DNA from: Balanoglossus misakiensis
Lineage: Eukaryota > Animalia > Hemichordata
Assembly (NCBI GenBank): GCA_040954595.2
Contig: CM082578.2
Location: 8,293,519 to 8,357,518 of the forward strand
Length of the DNA: 64,000 bases
Direction of reading: 5' to 3'
A program made the position numbers and the translations under genes. Below, in pieces: positions 41,101-53,100 of this stretch. The notes under the pieces are model-generated. The model saw only the letters and a program-made list of their open reading frames with translations, had not been told where the DNA came from and ran no database searches. Position 1 is the first letter of the stretch. Every line of letters begins with the position of its first letter.

Positions 41101-44100
41101 GACTGGTGACTATTCGCACCACCGACGTGTGCTTAATGTAGTTGAGGTGTCACAATCGTACCCAATCCACAGAGGGCGTTGTTTTGACTCAACAAATGTT
41201 TCAATAAAGCAGTTTCAAAGAAACTGAACTTTCCTGGAAAACCGACCCTGTAACCAAGTAAATCCCAGACTAGTCTTATCTTCATTGCTTCCTGTATAGA
41301 TCCTTCAAGCCGGACTTTGTACTGATCCGACAGCATGCCAGAGGAATGGGAGTTCAGGAAGACTGGAAAAATCTTGTCCTGGGATTCCAGTACGGAGGCA
41401 TCCCCAGCGTCAACAGTTGGGAGTCGATTTATAATTTCATGGACAAACCTTGGGTGGTAGGTACATCTTATACAATATATGGCAATTAAAGCTACATTAG
41501 CTGTATCTTTTTGCTATATAGCTCTTTTTTGTTTGGTGTATGTTGTACTGCAGTTTCTTGTTCATATTTCTGAAACATGATGAAATGTTCAACGTTTGAC
41601 TTAACAAAACAAGTATATTTGTTTAGACAGCAAGTCCATACTAGAATTCATTTGTCAAAATAAGATTTGTTGATGTTGATTATATTCCATATAAACATGT
41701 TCAGTCCGATGGTGAGGGCAGAGGTCACAAGCAGGAACTGCCTAGCCTGAGTGGGTGCACAAATTCCACGTATGTTTAATAGGTCAGAGCCAGGTCGCGT
41801 TGAACGGGAAATGCTGGAATCGTGCACAGTGTCACATGCACGCAGATTGAATCAGAGATCCAAGAAAAGAAGTATGGGTTCCTGTCTCTTATCAGCTCCG
41901 TACCTGGCACTCGGCACGCACATAGCATTTCAGATGCAGCGGTTTAGAGTAAAATTGGCATTGACTTGAGAACATACTGGGTATAGATGATTTGATGGGC
42001 AACCAACAAATTTGAAAATATATGAAGAATTGACTTTTGAAGTGCAAATTGATGGATCTAGTAAATGCGTATTCACTTGTAAACCACGTCTGCTCCAGTC
42101 TATATTTTGGACTCCTAAAGAATATATCCATTACTTGCACTGAAAGATGTATTCAGATGGCTATAAAATATATACATGTACTGTTTGCTGCATAGATAGG
42201 TCTACAGTTTGAGCTGATTGGGTGCTTAAAATGTTTTCATGTGGAAAATTAGACTTGAATCACCCTTGTGTTTGTGAAAACCACTTCATGTCCCCGAGAT
42301 TGGATTAAAGGTTAGCTGCTTTTGTCCCAATATCCGGCATCTACTTAAATAACACCACATTCAACTGCAGTCCATTAGTGAGCGGTTGTTGGGATAAATT
42401 GAATAAAACATCGCGTGAACTTTCCCTTTTAATGTGGCATGAATTCGAGATGGAACACAAGCACTCTTGGGAAGAAGAGCGCCCTCTATAGCTAATAGTG
42501 AAACCGTGTACCCATATTGCAACATTAGGTCTTATTGAGCAGAAAAGTTATGTTTTAGTTGTATATTGCTCATTTCAGGAACTTAAAACGGGAGCTTACC
42601 TTGGTACATATCTGAGCAAATGCAATGCCAATTCAAATCTAGAATATAACTCAGCATTCCGTCATTGACACCAAGTGTGGCGTCTATTTTGCACTCATCC
42701 TTTTCTTCCTTCTTTCATTCTCAACAGTTTGCCCAGCTGTTGAAACTACAAGAGAAGCACGGCAAAGATAGATTCCCAGTCATTGACCAGTCGTACTTTC
42801 CAAACCACAAGGAAATGGTAAGTAGAATGATTATTTCCAATCAGCATTCCTGGCACTTTTCTCTGAGACATAATCTGTCAGCAGGACGACTGGTTGTCCA
42901 TTACAGCCCCTCTTTAAGATTTGCAAACCAAAAATGGTTTACTGTCCGATGATATCAATGTGGCAGGTTTGGTTAAGGACTTTTTCTTACAAGAAAACAT
43001 CACTAGATTCAGAGAGTGAGACTGATAAGGGTGCTTTACATTGTGTATTTGTGTCTCAAATGAGTATTTCCCGTGTTCCCACTCCAGCCATAATAAATAA
43101 TAATCTGATGTCAACTCTTGTCCACTGGTTGTCATTTCCGGAGACAAATTTGGTTTTAGTTCAGAAAAGAGAAAAAGGTACTAATTCTGAATCCAGTGTA
43201 ATTGGAATGGGGGTTCAAACTTTCGTGTGTTTGCGCATGCATGTTTTAAAATTATTCCAACTGAGATCTGTGTCCAACAGGAAGTTACCTTTGTAATACA
43301 CGATCCCTCCTTTGCAAAAAGAACAATTTCTGTTAAGAAATGCAGACAGAAATCATACTATTTAACTGTGAGTGTTTATAAAAGTTTATTTCTTTTGCTA
43401 ATCTACAAAATTTGCAATATTCATATTTTTATTAGGTAGGAAATTTCAAATATTCTGTAAAAAAACACCAAATTATTAAGTATTAAAATATATAAATTTA
43501 TCAGAGTTTTCATAAATGATTGCATTGCCTTCATGATAATTCTTATGATGATAAAAAAACAAAGGTTGGGATATTGTCAAGTGCCTTTTAAGTCATGCAT
43601 TTTTTCAGGTCCTTGCTTGCCATCCACTCGCATGTTCCCTCTGAGCTTTTCACACATGCAGAGTACATCATGTGACATTCAGAAAAATATGGATAGATGA
43701 GACAGCTCTCTGACTTGTGATTGGGTGTTGGACCCGACTCGTAGGGTAGAACTCGACGGCCGGTCGATGAGATGCAAACTCCATGATCCAGGCATGTGAT
43801 CATCTGAAATGATGCATAAATTAAAAATACATGAGAAAGGTTTTTAAAGAGGGACACTGAACTCTTGGTTGACAGAGCTTGCTGACAGATACCATGGCGA
43901 CAGATTCTGAGATTTAATTCTGGTCACTGTGAGTAGACAGTAACAAGCTGACAAGGACTAAGGAAATGGCTCTCTCTCAGAGACATAAAAGTTGAATATG
44001 TGTGATAATATTCATTTGCAGAGATTCAAACAATATACATGAAAGCTATTTCATGTATTGCTATCAAATGAACAGAATACATGTATGCCAGTATTGGTCT

Positions 44101-47100
44101 TGCATCATTCTACTGGGTATTACCCAGAATGCAACAGCTACATTTTGTGCCTGTACCAAATCAAAGCTAGTATTCTGACCGTCTGCCGTCAAATCACTTC
44201 CTCTATTCTGTTTAACAGCATAGTTTTATCAAGCCAATAATATTTAAGGATACTGTTGTATAATGATTTACTCAAACATTGAAATCATTGCACCAGCATG
44301 AACTTGTGAAAAATTCTTGGTAATCAGAAGTGGCTTTCAAAGTCGCCCGGGCCTTCCAACCCAAACAATCTTACCTCGCAGTCACAGTTGTCTTCGTACA
44401 AGTTTTTCAGTCCCTTTTTCTGCTTGTTTGTCACATAGTCCCATACTTCCAACCAGTTGCACATATCTATGTTCAGTTGGTTCTCAAAAAACGACCCCAC
44501 AGAGCCTTTTTTTTGAGGGAGGCAAGAAACGTTGTAAAATATTAGTAAGCCTTGTACTGGGTAATCCTAACACATCAGTTTACACTTTATACTGGCTTTT
44601 ACAGTGAAACCTGTCTATTAAGGACTCCTCTGGGACCAGAAAATCTGTCCTTAATAGAGAGGTGTCCTGATTAGAGAGGTGACCGTAATGACAGGTTTCA
44701 CTGTGTATGTATTAGTTATGATTTTACATTGGGCCACATTTGCGATGGCTATTTTAGTATTCTGCTGACTGACATCTCGATATAAGATGTTAAGCGTCTT
44801 GGAGCATTAATATTCTAGATGATTGGTAAATTTCGTGCATTAACCCTTTCACCCCATTTTCCGCCTCAACTTTACCATAGAAAACAATGGGTTTGGACTG
44901 AACCATGGTGGTGAAAGGGCTAAGGTACATGTTGGCAATATATATGCATATGTTTCTTACCTGCAAAGAGATATGTGCCGTGTTTCTGCAAGAATTCAAT
45001 TCCACACATGGCACTATCTAACGGAGTCCAGAGTTCTACAGTATCACCAGCTTTCACCAAATCCTTTCCCTTGAACACCTTGGTTATTTTGACTTTCCAC
45101 ACTCTCGCTGGATCCACCCTTACACCAAAGTCTGACTCTGAGTAGGAATACGAGTTCCAATCATCTCCATCCACCTCAATTTCTGGCTCAACTTCGGGTT
45201 CAACTTCGGGTTCGATTGTTGGCTCAACTTCAGTTTTTGGCCCATTTTCATCAGTTTCACTTTCAACTTCTGGCACAATTTCAGTTTCCATTTCTGGCTC
45301 AACTTCAATTTCAATTTCTGGGGAAACTTCGACTTTCTCACTTTGTGGCTCAACTTCAATGTCAATTTCTGGCGAAACTTCGACTGTCTCACTTTGTGGC
45401 TCAACTTCAACTTCAACTTCAATTTCTGGCGAAACTTCGACTTTCTCACTTTGTGGCTCAACTTCAATTTCAATTTCTGGCTCAACCTCCGGTTGTATTT
45501 CAGGCTCGGCTGTGGGATCTATTATTGGTTCGACACCAGATTCAAGTTCTGTTTTAATCTCAGACGCAACTGTGCCGTCTATTACAGGTTTAACTTCATA
45601 TTCAGGTTCTGGTTTGGCACCGCCAGGTTCAGTTTCGGGTTCTGCTGTGAGGTCGATCATTGGCTCTGCTTCAGTTTCAATTCCAGGCTTCTCCAGCTCA
45701 GCCTGAGGCTCAGCTTCGGGTTCAGCCGAAGGTCCAGATTCAAAATCAGGGTAAGGCCTTAATGGTGGTGGCACAAATCTGTGTCCAAGTACCTTGGCTC
45801 GGATCACTGTTGGGTTAGAAACAAAACAACATCTTCAGCTCACAGACAAATAATAACATGGTTAGAACTTCTTGATAATAAAATAGTAGGAATAGCATGA
45901 AATACATGTAGTTTACATTTCACTGTTCTACTTTGTGATTAGTTTTGTAAAAAATCTACTAAACCTTGTTTTGTTTTTTTTGCTAATTCTGGCTCAAAGT
46001 TGGAAATCTCTGAAGGCTGTACTTAGATATCAGATAAATGATACGCATGCAAATACTTACCAAAGTCAGATGTGCAGAAATGGTGCTGTGGATGCATTGG
46101 AAAGCACGAGCATGCCGTTGATAATTGCACGTGAGTGAACAGAAGAAGAAGTCCAAAGCAAGGAAAAATTAAATCAGCGATCAATCTCCCCATGGCTGAT
46201 CAGGACGGGACAAGAAAAGTTGTTGTCTTTGTGGGGAGGGAATCTGTGCCAGAACTGAGTTTCTCAACCTTTGATTGCAGAATGTATTAGCATGGCTGCT
46301 TTGTGAGACGCTGGCTGCCCTTCCAGGTGAACTTGGGGGTTTCGGGTCTGAGTTGGATTCGAAAGGGCGCAAAGCCTGTCCGTTATGAAACGCGGCAAAA
46401 AATGCCGTTATTCCCGGAGGAGGTGATGCTGCTCCGGAGATGGTTTCAGCGAAATTGGTTGGATGCAACAGGTGCGCGAAACGAGACAAAAACCACTTGT
46501 TGGCCAAGTTCAACTTTGGGGAAACCAGGGGGAGTGCCGACATAACGTGGAACAACCAACTGGCCTGGGATAATCACAGGAGCATCTGCAGTCTTACATA
46601 ACAGGATATTTGTCGACCCCTGACCCAACAACTTCCAAAAAATTTGAGAAGTGTGCACCGAAGTTGGTACACTCATGGCACTTTACGGTTACCGTGAAGG
46701 GGAGGATCATGGTTCCCATTGACGGACCAGGGTCAAATAATCAGATCTCGACTCACTTGTCCAGTCAGCGACTGCTGATGCGAGTGACAAAACAGTGGCG
46801 ATCAACACATTCACTGGAATTTGTACACGCCAAGGAAATTCCAAATTATTTGGCTCTTTGTAACGCTGGTAATTTATGACCGCCTTTTCCTCTTAGAACA
46901 ACACAACTGGACACTGGTGTGTCAGATTATGATTCAGCCATTCCGCTGACCATTGTGTTAATTCCAGAAATAAGGGTTGTGCTGTACTGTCGTGTGGGAC
47001 ACTGAGGGGCTCCAAGAAGTATGACACAGTCAGAAGTGAATCTTCTATCTATAAGAACTTCTGCAGACCATGTTACATAACCACCATGTTTATACGGATT

Positions 47101-50100
47101 ACAGTCAGAGTCAAGATTCAATCACAGCGGACTAGTCAGCCAAGGACCATTGCTTTTGCAAAGTCAAACTTGTGTTAATTGATATACTAAACACCCATTT
47201 GGGATTTCTAAACACTTTCAACAAAGAGAGGTCATTGACTTCTGTTTACCTTTTCACCTGTGGTTGCTTGGATCCCTCCCACTTGAGACGCCAATTAACT
47301 CAGTGGCAATAAACTGTTCTGCATGATTAACATGCACGGTTATGAACAGTGAAGTCAACCATGTTCTTTATAAATTTGTATTGTAACTTGTATACACATC
47401 ATCTAAGACTACCTGACATAACTGTCTCCAAACAGCCCATAGCCGTACATTTCTCTTCAGAAATTGTGTTCATTTGATAGCCCAGAACCATACAAACACA
47501 AACCCTTGTCTCTGTTGTGTTGCGTATACGTTCCAAACGACATGTACTTTCGGAATTTACTGTTAATTTTATATTTTCTTCAACAGACAAAAGTGTTACC
47601 ATTACCTTGGTGCAACTGTATCATAATGTCTTTCAAGTTCATTCACACCCCAAAAAAAGTTACCTCCAGGAAAATTTCATATTTTATTTCGAAAAAATCA
47701 GGTGTTCCCCCTTCCGCTGTATGCAAACAAGGTGTTTGAAATATCACGCCAGGTGCATCCAGGTAATATACGAAATCGCTTCTGATGCTTATATCTCTGC
47801 AATTGAAGTATAAACTTTGTAAAACTCTAGAATGACGTGCATCTTCATCCTGGTAGCATCCGGCAATGTGTACATTCCTGACGGGTAACGTGAGCTGACA
47901 CACTCATGTCTTCGGAGTGCTTTTTTTGTCTAGACTGGTCATGGATGCCGTATATCACACAAGTCATGGTGCATACCGCGAGGTACAAAATATACACCCC
48001 ATCTAAATTTTTGATTTTATGCCAAAACTTTACCGATCACAGCAGACAGTGATCACACATATATGTAGCCAGTGACCACTCAGTCTAGCATGTCTAAAAT
48101 TGTTGATTTTTTGCCAAAAACACGTACTCCAGTTTGTTTCCCAGACACTGCATATTACCCGCGTCCAGGTAACTTCCTATAGCATTGCAAAGAAAGTGAA
48201 TGGTATATGGCTATCACATGACATACTCATATTCTGTGGTTAACTCTACAAAGTGAATAGACTTGTTAACATAGTTCACAGTGCTTTAGGATTTCCCAAC
48301 CCCCTAACATTAGCACCAAAGGCGGGCATATTTCAGATTGCTCACATGAATCACGTCTACATATGTTTCTCATCAACCAAATCCCAGCCAATGCGTTCGC
48401 TAACATGTGACATAGATTATGAAATATCCAAAGATTTTTCGATAACCATAGTTTTGTTAAGGTTTTAAATTCAAAGTTAACTTAAAAGCGAGGAAACACG
48501 TAAAACATTTTAATATAATTATAATATTGACCAAATTTGACTTAATTGCAACTGTTGGTTATGGTAGATTCTTCAGAGGAATCATGTCGTTGGAAAAAAT
48601 GCATTCTGGGAAACGACCTAAGACCGGTACTGCTTTGAATTATTGCCTTGTTAGAAAACTTTGGAAAGATGATGTGACAAGGGCAGGGAGGGGTTATCAT
48701 TTATTGCCAGTCAACTTCCACCAAAGCCTCATAATTCAAAGCATACATTTTCAGACACACGTACATGTAGAACCACTCGGCCATCCTCCAAACCCCAAAA
48801 GAGTTGGTCATATGCACGGTGTGAAGATATGTTGCAATTTTGAACACCACTGAATGAAACGCGGTGTACGCATTCTGTTTACTGTATGATACCATATTAC
48901 CTTGAGAACATCATAGTTACAGTTGAAGGATGTGTATTTATTAACTAATGCGCACCTGACAATGATGATAATTTTACATGGCAACAAGGAAACAATATAC
49001 TAATCAAACATTTCTATGTATGATCTAAAAATTACATTACAAACAAAACAATAGAGCATTTTAAAATGCCTTATTAACCATTAATCACAAAGCTTATTCT
49101 TCTGCTTTCGCTGATGTTTGCTAATTTGAATCATTTGAATTTCAGTGATTTATATCGCCATAGATATGCATCCCACAGAGGCCACCATGTCAGCAAAGCT
49201 ATACCCTGTATTTAGCAAGTAGATGATATAGACTATTTCCTACTTGGGCCAGGCAGGGCAGTGTTAATGTGCAAGGTTCAGCGAACAATCAACAAAATTC
49301 CAATATGTGACAGAAATGAACTTAATTGAGAATTCACTTGAGAAGCAAAATGATCAAAGCTTGCCTCAGATAGACTGAAACAAACTGAAACAGCACCACA
49401 AAATATTTCAAACAGTTTCTCATTCTCCAGGAATTCAAATGGAAGGTATTTTTTTATTTATACACAGTGTGGATATACTATTAATTCAAATCAAAATGAC
49501 AAGAATTCAGTTGTAAATATTTGACTGATATAATCTTTTGAGTATTGATTGAATTTTACGGCAGGAACCTCAACCAATAACACATGTACAGAGTATTTTC
49601 AAGAGAACCACAAGACACACATTTTGACACTGCATATTACAGATGGATAGGCAAAAGTACTTCTTAAGAAAGTCTGTTACAGTTAATGAGAAAAAGTGAT
49701 TATTAATAAATATATTTTGAGTCTTTCTGTTTATCACTATTCTATACATACATTTATACAGATATATATAATATTATATATTATACATTCTATTTCAAAT
49801 TTTCATAATGACGACTTGATCAGTGGTGTCATAAAGTACATGAACAAATTCACATCAAAGGAAAACCAGGAATCTGTTCAGAAGTAGCAATTTTAAAAAA
49901 GAGGGAAAGTTTCATTCAGTCTTGCTTATGCAGTGTCATAAGTTCAAATATGGCTGACTCCCGATGACATCACTTAGATTTCCTTGAATCTGATTGGTTC
50001 GTTCGTTCCTCAGTGATCCCGATGATTTGTGTTTGGTATTTCTAGCGTTGGCTCACGTACCATTTACTGCTCTTGCCTGACGGCTACGCAGCTCTTGAAG

Positions 50101-53100
50101 TTCTTGTTTTTGTGCCAACCGCACTCGCCACTCTTTCGCTCGATGCACTTGGAATAGAGCGTCTCGCAATCGGGAGTCGGTCCGAACGGCATCCACGTGC
50201 AGCTGTCAGCGCTCTCGCGACAGCCACCGCCATAGCAGGGGACAATCTGCAATCAGGGAGAAAAAGAGATGCTTTCATCAGTTAATCGCATGCATCTGAT
50301 ACCAGTCATACATACATGTATGTCTGTGGAAATACATGTACATGTACCTACATTGTTCGACAGTTAGGCTCAAGTAGCTAAAAACAAATCGTTAGTTTAC
50401 TCTTGTCAATATCTAAAGAATTTTTTTTTGTTCCGTCTTATTTGTAACATTTCAAATTTTGACATCCTGCAATTTCTGGTTCCATTTGCCTTCATGTTAG
50501 CAGACACTGTGGGTCAGAAATACTGGCGAAGAGTGATGGATGTACGGTGTTGTTCCAGTGCTATGCTGGGTGATTTAAAAAATCGGCTTCAAACAAGTTG
50601 TCATAAACAAATAGCTGCGCATTGTAACATTAAACGGTTGCCAGAGGGTTCCTCTGCACTGTGTGGTGCACAAGTGCACTGTAGACTGTCTGAAAGTGTA
50701 TGGGAACTATGTCCTCCAAGTCAAACTCAATTTTCTCTGACATTCCGCAAGACACGGATGTGTGCCACAGCATGGGTTGTTTTTGCCAAACGTGATCTGA
50801 TCGACCTACCCGACATATGGGGCAGGCCTTGCCGTAGCCACTGCTAAATCCCTGCTTCTGTCTTGAGGTTAGCCTGTCATAGTCCATGGTCAAACCACAG
50901 GAATGGATTCGTAATTTTCCATCGTAAGTTGAACCTGCAGAGAATAAAATAACAAACATTCTAACATATTTATAGAGGACATTTTGTAACAGCTAGGCTA
51001 CAAAATCAAACGTATTATATATATCATCGTGGGCACTGCAGTTGTATAAAATGAAATACATAGCTAGGTTGGTTGTAATGAGTAAAGCGAAAACTATTTC
51101 AGAAATGTTTAAAGTTTTCAGTAGAAATATGTTATTTCCAAAACGATTGCCATTGCACATTTTTGAGTCCAATCTTGCCTAGTTGATATGAAAGTTGTAA
51201 AAGTCTGAGATCTATTAGTGAATTTGAAGAAATTATACACATACATACATAACTTTCAACAAAACCATCAGTTTGAACATACAAGTGTGTCCATCTTTGC
51301 CAAGCTATACAAAACCACATCAATCACAAATAATATTGTTGTCATGATGTTGTTTTTGTTGTTGATGTCAAGTTGTTCAGGTTAAGGGGTACCTGTTTCA
51401 GGCCGTCTAGTGTTTTTATTGAAGCAAGTTATAAAGTACTCTTTTTTCCGTTTTGGAGTAAATCCAACCTACAGACAGGAAACCTCAGTGACAGTGTTGT
51501 TGTTGTTTTGTGCTGAAAGTGACGACACGTCTTTGAGAGCTATTCACTCTACAAAGGAAAACCTTAAAAGCTTTCTGGCCAATGTAGCATCGACAAAAGG
51601 GACCCTTTTATCAGTTTACAGAGTGGGACATGAATGGGAGAGAGACACTCAGGGCGAACGAGGGCCAGAGTTCAGTCGGTCTTGTAAAGGTGGTGTTCTC
51701 TCTCCCCCCGCATTTCAACACATCGCATCAAAGCGCTTAATGTTGTGACAAATAGTCAGTGTAGTCTTTATCAGGCTTGATTTCCAAAATAGACCGAGCC
51801 ATCTATTTTCAGATGAACAATGAAAGAATGGAGTGGGGTTATGGATATGTCCTGAAGATGTTGATTTCAGCCGAACAGTGGCATCAAGGTTCAGCCGTTC
51901 AACCTTTCATACATCAATTGTTTTGTTGATGCTGCCATTCTCATCATCTTTAAATCCCTACACAGGGTCATTTGATTTTGTGTCAATTTCATTTGCTGGA
52001 GATCCCATCTGAACTTTTTATGGTATTGTGACGAAAGAGTACTTGATAACTCTTGTGCAGTGTGCCACTGATATGCTCCAAAAGACTGCCAAATTTCCTA
52101 CTTTAATTTGATTAAGTAAAAACCTTCCATACAGTATAAATATGACAAGAATTTCGATCACTTTATTTGGGTGTTTCATATACCTAACCTTTGATCTCCA
52201 TAGATTGTAGAATAACAGATAGGAAGTCTTAATTCTGTTGTTCTGATTTTCGGACTATATGGCCAATGATAACCAATAACATTGAACATAAGTTGTACAT
52301 GCCTGGATTCACATCTGTTACACTGATGACTTATTGAGGGTCGATTGGTAAATTAAAGTGAGGGGTTTTATTGCCGAGGATGATCACACTGCCACTTTGC
52401 CAAAACCACAAGGTTAACCTAGACCTTGACATGGCCAGGGTCCACTCAATTAACCTTGTGCCACCCAATCAACCTTGTACTTTTTGCAAAACTTATTCCA
52501 CAGGGAAGATACGCTCCAGGCATTTTAAGTACCTTGACAGTGTCTTTTCATATTAAGAATGAATTAAACTCCCTATTATACAAGATAATGGTTTGTGAAG
52601 AGACTTTAATCTTACCTGACAAGACGTAGTGCACCGACTCTTGAAGCTGAACCCCGCAGAGTCCTTCGTAAGGCGCCGTGAACAACTCCACCTGTCTGTC
52701 TTTTGTGAGGAATTCATGGCCCTTGTAGATCTTGGTGAGCTTCACCTTCCAGGCCTGTGCCAGCGGTTCGCGCGGTCCCAGCTCCGCGATCTCTCCTTCC
52801 ACGTCGGCCAGGGGCGGGAGAGGCATGAGGGATTTCTTGAATCTTTCCAATGGAATCTCGTTATGGATTTCATTGTCAAAATCTTCCTCCTCCTCCTCCT
52901 CTTTCTCCTCTTCTTTCTCCACTGTAAATGTTGGAAGCTCAGTGGTCGGAATGTTCCGGGTTGGATAGGTCGTCGTTTCCTCTTCTTCCGGCTCCTCTAC
53001 GTACACAAACCTGTGATCCACAACTTTGGCCCGGATAACTGCAGGCAGCGAGAGCAAGACACGGAATGTGTTAAAAGTGGATACATACTGACCGTAGGTG

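Noticed and set aside
45120-45762. Overlapping ORFs with striking repeats ([12 protein letters not shown]..., [11 protein letters not shown]..., WLNFNFNF..., Ser/Thr-rich)
   Set aside because: Shadow frames of the TIMP-B coding minisatellite. Only the Glu/Pro frame joins the TIMP motifs and splice sites.
52752-53018. Idea that the acidic loops are unspliced introns (exitrons); TIMP-A has AG|GTTTGT near the loop start and GCACAG| near its end
   Set aside because: The two sites are in different phases and would frameshift, there is no pyrimidine tract, TIMP-B lacks the donor, and both loops are stop-free in frame.
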